Source of the DNA: Paraspadella gotoi
Lineage: Eukaryota > Animalia > Chaetognatha
Length of the DNA stretch: 64,000 nucleotides
Direction of reading: 5' to 3'
NCBI GenBank assembly: GCA_051294375.1
Contig: CM119264.1
Location: 8,282,873-8,346,872 of the forward strand
This document shows positions 1 to 12,060 of the stretch, one piece after another. Made by a program: the position numbers and the translations under genes. The stretch's first letter is position 1, and each line of letters opens with the position of its first letter. The notes beneath the pieces are model-generated. The model did not search any database and had not been told where the DNA came from. It worked only from the letters and a program-made list of their open reading frames with translations.

Positions 1-759
1 GCTTCTTCGAAACAAGTGCCTCCTGGGAAAGAGGACCAGAAAGATTTTTGGAGCAAGGAAAAAATCTGCAAATTTTTAATTTTAAATCTAAACTATGTCA
101 TGATATTCTTTGCTTTTATGAAAGTCACCCACGTTGTTTAAAATCATTATGTAGAATTACGCTTAGAGAAAATGTCGGTGCGAACTATATTTCGTTTCTA
201 AATTTGTTAAAACCTCCACCAAGGTTGAAAAATTATTTAATGTTTGCCAGTTGAATACAAAATCATCAATTATGAATTATGGAACTAAACTAAAAGTTCT
301 AAAAATGTAATAGAAGCATGAAAACTGTTTTATATTAAAAATAAATGGCTATCATAAACAAGTTTGAGCAAACAATGTCGGATCTGCCCACGATCATTAT
401 CGGTAATTAATTAATTAGTTAGTTAAAATTTCAGAGCTATTTCAAGATGAGAAGCCATATCTAAATTTTTAACTTACTATGATCACACACTTTTATAAAA
501 ATTCATTGTAAACTATAAAAGCGTAGTAGTTTTTATATTATTTAATTAATTAATAATTAATTTTTTCAAGTTAATTATTTAATTAATTAATTAGATTCAA
601 AAATTTTGTTTTGTTGATTAATTAATTGATTAATTAATTATTGATTAATTAATTGACTAATTGATTAATTAACTAATTAATTTTTTTATTAATTAATACA
701 TCTTGAATTTACATTTAAAATAAAAAGAACAAGAAGCATAATCAATTAGTGAAACAGGT

Positions 760-1270
760 TCTTTGTTTTTTCCATTTAAACTCATTTCCACTCAAACGAT
801 TCCATCAAAACTTGATTTCCAGTTTAATCACACACATTTCTACCCAAATACAAAATTTCAAGTTGATCACCCCATCCACTCATGAGTAATTGGTGTTCAA
901 ATAGTGAAATATATTTTTTTGTTTTTTCCATTTAAACTCATTTCCACTCGGACGATTCCATCGAAACTTCATATCCAGCTCAATCACACACTTCCCTACC
1001 CACACACAAAATTTCATTCAAATCCATCCATCCAGTCACGAGTAATTTGTGTTTTTTGCTAAGGTGGGACGGACGGACGGATGGACGGACGGACGGATGG
1101 ACGGACGGACAGACAGACAGATGGACAGACGGACATCGTTTTTTTTTGCATAATTTATCATAATTCGATGTTCTGACATGATATAAGTGAATGCCCGACA
1201 AGATTGAGGGGGCGGACCGACGTACCGACAAAGTGAATTATAGAGTCAAGATCTGCTGAAAGCAGATCCG
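760..1270. mobile_element. Probable non-autonomous interspersed repeat (DINE-1/Helentron-like) with a (GGAC)n/(AGAC)n microsatellite
   Basis: Duplicated unit of about 150 bp plus aaatttcattcaaatcc...ggacggacagac architecture. Mostly absent from the duplicate block. Confidence 0.4.
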
Positions 1271-1588
1271 ACTGGGCGCAATCCTACGTGGGTACAATCC
1301 TAATGGAACCAAAACATCCGTATAATATTAAACTGATAATTACAAACTTAAAATCTATTAGTTTTTTTTTCTTTTAAAATATTTTCATTCTTTTTCAAAC
1401 GGATAAACCCTGTATCTTGCGAATGACGCCGATTAAATTCTCCATTTCATCCTTTGACAGACTGATACCGTAAAGCATATATATAATAAGGTTATAATTA
1501 TAATTATATATAATTATATATATATAATTATATATAATTATATATATATATATATAATTATATATAATTATAATTATAACCTTATTAT

Positions 1589-1862
1589 GGTTCCATTAGG
1601 ATTGTACCCACGTAGGATTGCGCCCAGAAAATTGCGCCCACAGCATTGCGCACACTTATAATTACACCCGCAGGATTGTGCCCATGTGGGCGCAATTCTA
1701 CGTGGGCGGAATCCTACAGGGCGGAATCCCATGTGGGCGCAATCTTCCGTGGGCGGAATACTATGGGTGCAATTGTATGTGGGCGCAATGCTACGTGGGT
1801 GCAATCCTAGGGGCGCAATTTTACGGGGCCCAATAATACGTGGGCACAATCCTGCTACCACC
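1589..1862. mobile_element. Foldback/MITE-like element of about 16-bp tacgtgggcgcaatcc subrepeats (copy at 12616-12888; inverted end at 1273-1310)
   Basis: Subrepeats switch orientation at about 1685. 1273-1310 is the reverse complement of 1589-1626. Confidence 0.6.
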
Positions 1863-1938
1863 ATATAATTAATATGAATCATCACCCCAACTTGAGAAAA
1901 ATGCTTTTCGCTTTTTTTTTGTATTCAAATTATGAACT

Positions 1939-2421
1939 ATGACATCCTTTTAGGCTCTTCTCTTTCAATAATATCTCAATATCTTGAATAATATATGTGT
2001 ATGTAAATATCAAAGAATAAAGAATTGTAAGTGTATTTATAGTAAGAGTTTTTTTAATAATTTTGTGAGATTAGATAATTACAATTTTTCATTTTTATTT
2101 TACTAGCTGTCATAAAATTGAGGTGTTGACACCTCTCTGTCGAGGGAGTCTCAAGGAATTGGCGTCTCGCCTGAGTTTTAGTTTTGTACGTGTTTAAAAA
2201 ATGATTTTGGTTTGCTCTCACATAATTTTATATTTTTACAGATACGAAGAAGACATTGTCCCCATGGGCTTGACTTCCCCTGCTTTCGCTCAGGCGAGGA
2301 TGAGAGAGTTGCTGGGGCCCTCATTCGCCAAACTTCCTTGGGAATCGAGGGTTCTGGCCACTCCTCACCAAAGGAGGCCTTCGTCGGAGGCGGTAACGCC
2401 AATGACAATTGGGAAGACTAG
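1939..2421 (+). CDS. 5' exons of a second spliced secreted/membrane gene; later exons at 24893-25042, 27960-28580 (+) and 19360-19930 (-)
   Basis: gtaagt..tactag (2027-2106) and gtacgt..ttacag (2186-2240) introns. PHQRRPSSEAVTPMT overlaps the 24895 copy, which continues TRTTTTKTRTTTTK. A later hydrophobic exon reads FIGSVAFVIVI. Confidence 0.4.
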
Positions 2422-3164
2422 TGTTCCGATAACGGTTATTAACGGTTAATTATAATTTTAACTTAACCGTTAATGTATTTATTTTAACAGTTAAATTCGG
2501 TTAATTTTCAAATACGATTTTTGATATTATTTGTTAGGAAATCTTTGATTTTTTGAAAGAAAAGTATTTTTTTTTCCTGTCCTCTCTTATTCTCCTCTCC
2601 CTTTCTCACCATATTTTCCCCTTCTCTCTCTTCTCCATTTTTTCAATGTTTTTTTCCCTTTTTTTTATTATCATCCCCAATCTTTTTTCTATCCTAATCT
2701 CTCTTATTCTTTCTTCCCCTAACTTTATACCCTTCTGTTCCTTTCTTTTTCTTTCTCTCTTTTCCCCTCCTTCTTTCCCCCTTTCTTTTCTCTTCTTTTT
2801 TCTGCCCTTCCAGTATTTTTTTTTACTTTCTCCCAATTTTTTTTAGTTTTTCCTTTCAACTAATTTTATGCATTTACATCTTAGAAAAAAAGTTTGAATT
2901 AATTGACAATAACGATTTATTTTCAAGATGAAAACGTACATGTTTCGGCGTTTTTACAAGCCTTCTTCAGCGTCAATTTAGTTAGTGAAAATATTAGACA
3001 GATTTTGTGTAGAAGAAGAGAGAGAGAGAGAGAGAGGGCAAAGTATCTCTGTTTCTCTCTCTCCCCATCTTCTATACAAATTCTATCTAATAATTTCACA
3101 ATCTAAAATGACGCTGAAGAAGGCTTATAAAAAATCTTAAAACAATAGGATCGAGCCTCCCTTC

Positions 3165-3425
3165 AATGATAACCAAATATTGATGCGATGATAACCAAAT
3201 GATTGATGCGATGATAACCAAATATTGATGCGATGATAACCAATAATTGATGCGATGATAACCCAATGATCGATGTGATGATAACCAAATGATTGATGTG
3301 ATAAAAACCAAATGTTTGATTCTATGATAGTCATTCATTGATGTGATGATAATCATTCATTGATACGATGATTGTCATTCATTGATGCGATGATAGTCAT
3401 TCATTGACGCAATGAATCATTCATC
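3165..3425. repeat. About 21-22 bp minisatellite (atgataaccaaatattgatgcg); copy at 14183-14445
   Basis: About 12 degenerate tandem units. Confidence 0.85.
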
Positions 3426-4341
3426 ATAAATAAAACAAACAAATGCGTGTATGAGTGAAAAAGAGAGAGAGAGAGAGAAAGAAAGAGAGAGAGAAAGAAA
3501 GAGAATAAATCCACGAAAATCTCGGATGTAAATTTGGGATTTTGCATTGAGAAAAAAGCTCGGAATAAATGGCAATAATAAAAGTTTATAAAAGGAAAAA
3601 AATAATCAAAATTTTTCAAAAAACGATCACGCAAGAGATCGTACAGAGAGAGAGAGAGAGAGAGAGAGACAGAAAGAGAGAGACAGACAGAGACAGAGAA
3701 AGAGCTGGATAGCCGCTGGAAGGCAGCTGAACAGTCACTGCAGAGCCTGAACTCGTTTTTAAAGGGTTCAGAAAAGGCAGCAACTGACAAAAATAGGAAG
3801 AAAAATCTATATATAATTTAAAGAAATAAAAGAAAGGGAAAAAAAATGTTACAATTGTTTACAATTGAACATTTTTACAATTTTTTTTAATCATAGCTTG
3901 TAAAAGATTTTATTTTTATTTATATTAAAATTAAGATATAGCTTCTCATTAAAAAGTTCTTTTGATTTCACGTGTTTTTTATTAATTCAAAGATTTGTTT
4001 ATGAATTTTATCTTCAATATTATTTACTGCAATATGTAAATTAGATTAAATCATTTCTATATACTAATTTGGATATTATAATGAGTACTATAATCTCATT
4101 TGCATATTGCAGTAAATCATAATGAAGTGGAAATTTAAACAAAAAATACTTGAATCCAAATGTAATATGAAAATTTCAGAGCTATTTCAAGATGAGAAGC
4201 CATATGGCATATCTAAATTTTTAACTTACTATATGATCGCACACTTTTATAAAAATTCATTGTAATTTATAATAATTTTCATTTAAAAAAAAAGGTAAGT
4301 CCCAGCCAAAACTATAAAAGCGTAGTAGTTTTTATAAAAAA

Positions 4342-4908
4342 ATGCGTGACGCTGCCGACGACAACGACAACGACGACGACGACGAACGACAACTCACAAG
4401 AAGCTCACCCGAATCAATTTTGAGCCTGAACCGGCTTCCCGGTAGGCTCGATAAAAGCCGAAACATGTACGTTTTTATCTTGAAACGTCTACAACTCGTA
4501 AAATCTTGATCTCAGTTCATAGATTCGTGAATATGGTCGTTAAGTCGTTTGACAAATTCGATGTTCACTCGCGATAAAAAGTCATGATGATTTGAATCAA
4601 GTTTATCGAAACCACGTTTTTAGGAATCCCCGTAGCATGAAGCTCACTCTCCTCAGATACCAAAGATGGGTATTGGGAAACTGCATCGCAACCGGCGCGC
4701 CAATCGTGATTACGACGAACAATGGCATGCGCACCAATCGTAGGGATTTCATGAAAGTGAGGGAGTTCATGAGCGAATGAGGATGATGATAAGGATGAAG
4801 GAGGAGGAGATCCCGAGGGGTATTTGGCATTGGAGGGGGCGGTGACGCGGGGGTAAACCCAAAGGCGGTGAGGGGGGTGGCACGGGCGAAGAAGGAGACT
4901 CAGACTGA
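4342..4908 (+). CDS. Hypothetical protein of about 190 aa with a Gly/acidic tail; copies at 15372-15930 (+) and, partial and diverged, 39810-40140 (-)
   Basis: TATA motif at 4309. Read across indels: ...DLNQVYRNHVFRNPRSMKLTLLRYQRWVLGNCIATGAP...EDDDKDEGGG...EEGDSD*. Confidence 0.5.
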
Positions 4909-5516
4909 TCCTTGTTAATCTTTGTTTTGACTTTCTTTCTTTCTTTCTTTTCTTTATCTCAAAATTTTCAAACTCTGGACTCCTTCACTTCACTTCACCG
5001 CACCGCACTCGGTCGTCATCAACATCGTCAACGATCATAAAAATGAACACCACAATCTGTCTCTTTTCCTTTTTTTTGCTTTTGCATGGGGTTGCTGGCG
5101 TCGTGGACCCACCAAAGGTCCATTTTTTTACTACTAGGTAAATGATTTTTTTTTCGTTTGAAAAAAAATCTCGAATATAAACCTTTCAATCTATTTTATT
5201 TTTCATCTTCAGTAATAAAATGGGCAACGACGACGACAACGAGGGCGACAACCCCATGGACACCATTCATAAGAACATCTTCGCCGGCAACAACAACAAA
5301 AACAAGATTTTCGATGGCAGCACCAGCAATGGCAACAACAACAGCAAGAACAACAACTCCGTTGCAACCAATAATCGAATCAACTGCATCAAGGTGCTTT
5401 AATGATAAACAATTAATAAATTAATCAATATACATTAATTATTTAATTTAAAAAAAAATTGTTTTCAATATTTGCGTATAGGACAACGACAAAAAGAGAG
5501 AGAATAACATTATTTA

Positions 5517-5837
5517 CCACTTCGATTTTGGTCCGATGGTCCGATTGCGCGACAAAATTTGACCCAAAAGTTTTTCCTCTTTCTTTCAAAACTTTGACGC
5601 GTTCGTTGATGAAATATTTCGGTATCGGGAGTTCGATGTCGTTCTGGAAACGAAGTTTTGTTCATAATATTATTAATATTGGTAATATTCGGTAATTTTG
5701 TTAATGATTTTTTTGCTAAGGCATCAAAACAACTTACGGGGGTTAATTTGAGATCCGACAAGACGTCGTCGAAGTAGTGAAATTCCGAATATTCCAAGTT
5801 AAACCATCTCGTTCTTCAGCTCCAGAACGGCGAACCT

Positions 5838-5926
<89 letters not shown>

Positions 5927-5988
5927 AGAGGAAAAGACAAAGGGGATCACCATCAGTCATTTTCACGAAACTCACCCATGGTGGCGTC

Positions 5989-6069
<81 letters not shown>

Positions 6070-6770
6070 ACGAAACTGACACCATAGTGGCGTCGAGAAC
6101 GTGTCGCAAAGAGTCTCCTCTTTTTGCGGGTGAACGATTTGGTCGTAGCACTGTTCCAACGATCTGTAAATCTGCGAGATTGTCGAATATAAAAGCATTA
6201 AGTCACCAAAAAGTTTAAATCATACATATTAATCTAACAGTTTTGAAATCGTTAATCAGAATTAGGATTCAAAATTATATAAAATGAACAATATCTCACG
6301 ACTCGCTTTATTACTATGGAAACTGGAATGGAAATGAAAATCTACTCATCAATCTCATCTGAATGCATTTTACATGTTTATCTTTCCATTTCTCTCACCT
6401 GAATATATTTTATATACATGGTGGCGAGAAGTTGCGCCGCCGCCTGGCGATCCTTTTCCGGCTTAGGCGGCTCCGGAGGAAGCTCCTGCTTGAGGAGGTC
6501 GTCCAGGGCCGTTTGAGCCTCTTTCCATTGGCGGTTGTATTGCGCTGCAGGTAATAACCATTTTTTTATGGTAATAGTTAATATTATTTTAAAAAATTAA
6601 AATTAGAGATTGTAAAGTATAATTTTTATTCTTTTTACTCGCTCTTATATAAATCGTGAATTGTCAATCTTTGGCAATCGTAAAAATTAATAATAAAATT
6701 AGCAAAGACTATTATTAATTAATTGTAATAATGAATAAAGATTATTTGTTAAGGCTCACCTGTGCGACAT
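5517..6770 (-). CDS. IQCA1: Host IQ and AAA domain protein (dynein regulatory complex subunit 11), 5' exons only
   Basis: MSH..YNRQWKEAQTALDDLL...LATMYIKYIQ | IYRSLEQCYDQIVHPQK...LDATMG | VLELKNEMV..EYSEFHYFDDVLSDLKLTP | NDIELPIPKYFINER, with GT-AG introns. Confidence 0.88.
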
Positions 6771-8347
6771 CTTTTCGTGTTTAAATGGTGAAAAGTTGAC
6801 GGTAAATAGTAATCGCGGATCCAAATCACAGGAAAGCTTGGCAGGAAATGATGAGGCGGAAAATTAATGCATTAGTAGTTCGAGTGAATTTCTTTTGTTC
6901 GGGTGATTTTTCTTTGAGTTTGTGACTTTTTTGTTCCGATTAATTTCTTTTTCTTCCATCCTTGTTTCGTCCTTTTTGCAGTTTACCTAAACCTTCCCCT
7001 TCGAGTTGACTTTTTGTTCTGTTTTACCTTCCGTTACTATGGGCAGGTACTCGGCGTTGTCAAGAACGAGGTAGAAAAAAAATCTTTTGGTTTTCAATTT
7101 CGACCGACATAAAGATAAGCTTCTCAAGTCTTTCTCCGTTAGAAGGAGAGCAAAGCGAAATGGAGTATTCTCTTTTCAGAAAAAATAAATGAACAGCCGT
7201 GAGGCACAAATAAAAAGTTTCACTGAAACCATCAAGTTAACCTGTTTTATAAACTTTATGAGTGCGATTGAGCACATGAGGAAGAGAGGTGAAAAAACAG
7301 GGATCGAAGAAGGTCTTGTCTCTTCTGTTTTGACGTCGCAAGATTTAACAAATGCCACAAACATCGGTTATAAGATCGATGCTCCACCTAGCCTTTAAAA
7401 ACTCATATAGCGTCTGTGAAAATGTTTAGAATTAACATCCTTGCGTCGAGTTACAATCGATGTGCGACATCACTGCAAAGTGTTATTGCTCCTTGGTTTT
7501 TGTTTATATACAAAAAACGGATAGGTGAGCAGTGAGCAGTGAACGACGAACAACAGTTTCTTTTTCTGATTTTTTTAAAAATTGAATGCCATTTAATTTA
7601 ATGACTTGGAGGTTGCAAGAGATCGTACATGCATAGTAATAAAGGACCCAACGCAAGATCATAAATTTTATATATACTCCTATATAATTTACATTCGATT
7701 TGTATCCTTTTCTTCAACTAACTTAACAGATGATCATCACTCGCTCAACCAACAGAATCTTGAAGAGTAGTCGGACTGGAGAATCGAGTGTCGAAAAGCG
7801 CGAGTTCCAATTTCTCTCCGGGAATTATGAAGGCGAGTTCGTGAACTCAATTTGTGACAAACGAATGACATACCAGTTATATATGACAATTTATTATATG
7901 TACAATAAGGCGTAGTGAAAGTTGCATATCAAAAAATCGATAGTTGATCATGAGCTATAGAACATTGATATATAAAAAAAAATTGTTTTTAATTTCTCAG
8001 TTTTCGCATTCCCGCTATTTATACATAGTACTCATATAGAAAATGTCAAAATTTTGAAAAAGGTTTTTCTTAGATTGAATGCCTCATAAAAAAGTTGATA
8101 AAAGAAAATTCTTCATTAAGTTAGGTAAACTTAAAGTTAATTATTATAACAGCTTTTTTAGGATTTTGACCCACTTAATGAATAAATTTCTAAAAAGAGG
8201 TTATGTTTCCTTTATTCAACTTTTTCTTAAGGACTTCGAATCTGCTTCAAAATAGAAAAAAAACATTTAAAATTTTGACATTTTCTATGAGCTTTGCCGA
8301 AAATTAACAATTGACAATTCTACTTGATTTAACATTTTTTAAAATTT

Positions 8348-11066
8348 TTGGCTACCTCTCGCCTTCAATTTCCTAAAGGCGAATTCTCACGATCGTCGCC
8401 ACGAAATTTGCCTGAAAATCGTTTTGGCGGCTTTTTGCTCATCTTACGTCGTCGGCGGAAACAAAAGGGAAGCGAAAGAATTTCTCAAGAAACTACGGAA
8501 TGGATCCGGAAGGAGACTGGATGGGTGAGGACTGGAAGACTGAGGACTGAGAACGGGGAGGATTGGAATGATGTGAGTCAGCCGGGGATAATTTGTAACA
8601 AGATAATTGTTATCAGACGAAACAAAGATGCACTGCGCTGCGCTGTGGAGACGTTGAAAGCTTTGGAGAAGATGCTGAAAGATGGTAAGTTTTTGTTCTG
8701 CTCATAAAAATATATGGATGGATGTAATTGGATCTCTAGAGAAATGATTGCTATATTGTAACTTCAACAGATTGACGGAAGAGTTGTGAATATATATATA
8801 TTATAAGGATAAGCTTTTACTCAACGTGCAAAAGTTGCTGCCTAAATCGCGTGTCTCGCTGAAACTTTAAATGATATCTATTTGAATTACTAATTACGAA
8901 GGATCCGTAGTTTGAAAGACAATGTTATTTATTAAAGGAGTCAAGTGCAATGGCTAAAAATAATAAACTTGTACCCTCAAGGTTCTCCGGTAAATTGTTT
9001 TGCCTGACCGGACGACTCCTTTGCACGAAGCCGCGTACGTGGCCACAGGATTGCGTCTTGCTCGTTCAGGTTTATATTTATATTTTCATTCTGATTTTCT
9101 AAACGATAGCGAAAATGCTTAACTGTTACTAAAATGTGGTCATAATTATTTCATTAGTTTATAAGATCATGGACGATTATATTCATTTCAAAATAACATT
9201 TATGAAAATGCATGTACAGTAACAGAAACAAGGTTAACGTTTAAATCATTAAAACAGGAAAAAAAAAAAAAACGGGTATACTAGTAACAAAAAATGAGAA
9301 TGAGATTTAAAATAAACAGAAATAAAAAGTTTCGTTGACATAATTTTTTTATATGCTATTGAAAGCCATAAATCTAAATAAAACGAAATAAAACTTTGTC
9401 AGACCACCTTTTCCATAATCCTGTCACAGAAATATTTGTTAAGATTTGATTATAGCTTACTTAAAAAAATATGCATGCGAGATAAATTCATAAGATTAAA
9501 ATTTGATCGCGAATTATAATTTTTTGTCCTCTATTTTACTAATTTCTATCGATAATTGATTATTTTGTGTACATCCACATTTGCTTCATCACTTTATAAC
9601 TGAATTTCACTCTAGTTATTCAAAAATATTTTTTATAAAAATACGACTTCCATTCGCCGTGTTTTTGAAAAACAAGATATTTCTTTTGTTTAATTTTATG
9701 TGTCTTCTACTTTTGTTATTATTGTATCGTTAAATTGACTAACATTTAAACGATTACATGTATATAATTACATTAACGAACTTGTCATTGCGTCTCATAA
9801 TAACCTCGAAATGTTTACAGTTTTGGGCGCGACAATAAATCTCTAGTGGAATCGAGGGTGAAACTCCTCTCAGGCTTTTCCGCTTCGCAAGGTTTTAACC
9901 GTATTTCTATTTTCTAACTCTAAAAGATCCTAATCATTTATCAATAATGTTTACCCATAGGTCACACTCAAATTTTAAATTACCTCCTTAATAAGGGTGC
10001 GAAAGTAAACCCAGCTGAAGAAGTCGCAGAAAGGTATATGGTAAAAATTTAATAACTTATAAATAATTATAATTATATATCTTTTTTTTAAAGGTACAAA
10101 CTGAACGAATTAAATCCCCTTATACATGAAGCCGTTATTGGTGATCATAACAGAATCAGTCAAAAAAATTCTTGAGGTTAGACGGTCAAAATAATTAATA
10201 AGTAATTTATGAGAATTTTACTTTTACTAAGCAAAGATAAGGGAGATTTAAATTATGCCATTTTTAATTTTCTAACTAGCTGATTAGCACCCAAAAATAA
10301 TGTACACGGCATATATCAAATCTTAAATAAAATTAAAAATTCATATCGCAAATTCACAATAGATTAAAAAAAGTTATCAATATGTTTATATTTTAGTATG
10401 GAGGTGATGCAATTTTTTTTGATTTGAGTATTGGACTTCCGCTTTCTGTAGCGGCCAACAAAGGGACAAAAGATATAGCCTTACTGCTATTACTTTATGG
10501 ATCCAAGGTGAGTGTGTTTTTGATATAAATTATCGTATTCTACCAAAAAAATTATTAATCAATCAATCAATTATCAATCAATTGTAGCCTTAATAATGCA
10601 ATTCGTGAGATATTTGTTGGCATAGATGGGAAGCATCAGAAACCTTAGAAAATTTTTTGGTTACCCTGTCATTTATAATATTTTCAAAATTAGTCCAATG
10701 AACGATTCATGAAATGTTTAACTTTGACTATGTCTTATTTCTATAAAATATAGAAATGATAACGATATCTTGATATGAAATAAAATTCTCATAAATTGAA
10801 AACATATTTTAAAAACATTCTTACTGTTTTTTGTTATGTTTGTAGAACTTAATACGTTAAAAATATTGTATGAAAAACTTTTCTTCCCATTTTTGTTTCG
10901 TATTTGCATATGAGTTGATTGTTATAAAAAATTAATTCTATTATAAAAATTATCAAAAAATCTTTTAGCTTCAAGCTTCGTCTCCGAGTTTTAAGTATCT
11001 GTCAGAACCAGACGAATGCAAAAATATGACTGCCCTACATTTTGCAGCTTAAACAGAGGCACCCAG
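8348..11066 (+). CDS. Host multi-exon ankyrin-repeat protein (fragmentary)
   Basis: Exons bounded by AG/GT encode G.TPLHEAAY.GH.DCV, PLHEAVIGDH...VKKILE, GLPLSVAANKG.KDIALLLLLYGSK and MTALHFAA. Confidence 0.6.
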
Positions 11067-11603
11067 GTAATTTAATAATAATAATAAGGGTATAATTTTA
11101 TCGTTGTCATGAAAGTAGGAAATCAGTTTTACTCCGCGATTATTGATTATTTTATATATTAATATATAATATATAATCAAGTTTTGAATTGTGCAACGAA
11201 TTTTAATTTTTATTTTTTTGCACAATTCAAAAACTTTTATTTTCTTTAACTCGTAAACAACGAAAAAGAAAGGATTTTCATTTTTAAAATTTCTGTCCAG
11301 CGCCTCAGTTTCTCATTGATTGAAATTATCCTCTTAAGAATTGAATGTAAATTATTCTCTCGGTTTTCGTCGCTTTTGAGAGTTGAAAAAAAAAAACAAC
11401 AGAGTTTTTGATTGTTTTTGGAAAAATGGTTTTTTTTTAAATAAAAATACGGATCGTAAGACCAGAATTTGTCGAGTTTAAATTTTCTTTAAAATGACCT
11501 AAATTGTACCTTCAAATCCAATTCCCATTGTAAAGGGGTTTTTTTTTTTGTTTTTCATAATTTTGAATTTACTTTTAATTCTCAGAAATCTTCGTAACTT
11601 CTC

Positions 11604-12060
11604 TTGGGAATTTGGGGCAAACTTGTGGTAAAAAACGGAGTGGGAAAAATATCCAAAAGACTTGCTTCGTCGAAACAAGCGCCTCCTGGAAAGAGGACAA
11701 AAGATTTTTGGAGCAAGGAAAAAAATCTGCAGATTTTTAATTTTAAATCTAAACTATGTCATGATATTCTTTGCTTTTATGAAAGTCACCCACGTTGTTT
11801 ATAAATCATATGTAGATTTACGCTTAGAGAAAATGTGGTGCGAACTATATTTCGTTTCTAAAATTGTTAAAACCTCCACCAAGGTTGAAAAATATTTATG
11901 TTGCCAGTTGATACAAAAATCATCAATTAGAATTATGGAACTAACTAAAAGTTCTAAAAATGTAATAGAAGCGTTGAAAACTGTTTTATATTAAAAATAA
12001 AATGGCTATCATAAACAAGTTTGAGCAAACAATGTCGGATCTGCCCACGATCATTATCGG
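11604..12060 (+). CDS. Unidentified coding exon (also 1-402)
   Basis: About 150 codons across indels, ending at a gtaatt donor. Confidence 0.35.

Larger units (their letters stand above)
1..5490. repeat. Segment duplicated at 11663-16520; its 3' part is also inverted at about 39180-40140
   Basis: Colinear near-identity, differing mostly by indels. Confidence 0.9.

Noticed and set aside
2553-2846. Hydrophobic Phe/Leu/Ser ORF and its Lys/Glu/Arg antisense ORF
   Set aside because: Translation of a polypyrimidine tract.
1589-3425. CRISPR-like regular repeats
   Set aside because: No unique spacers and a eukaryotic context. These are MITE subrepeats and a minisatellite.
5838-6066. Duplicated LDATMG exon end among (AG)n tracts; SLSLSL ORFs
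   Set aside because: Microsatellite-associated misassembly and low-complexity translation.
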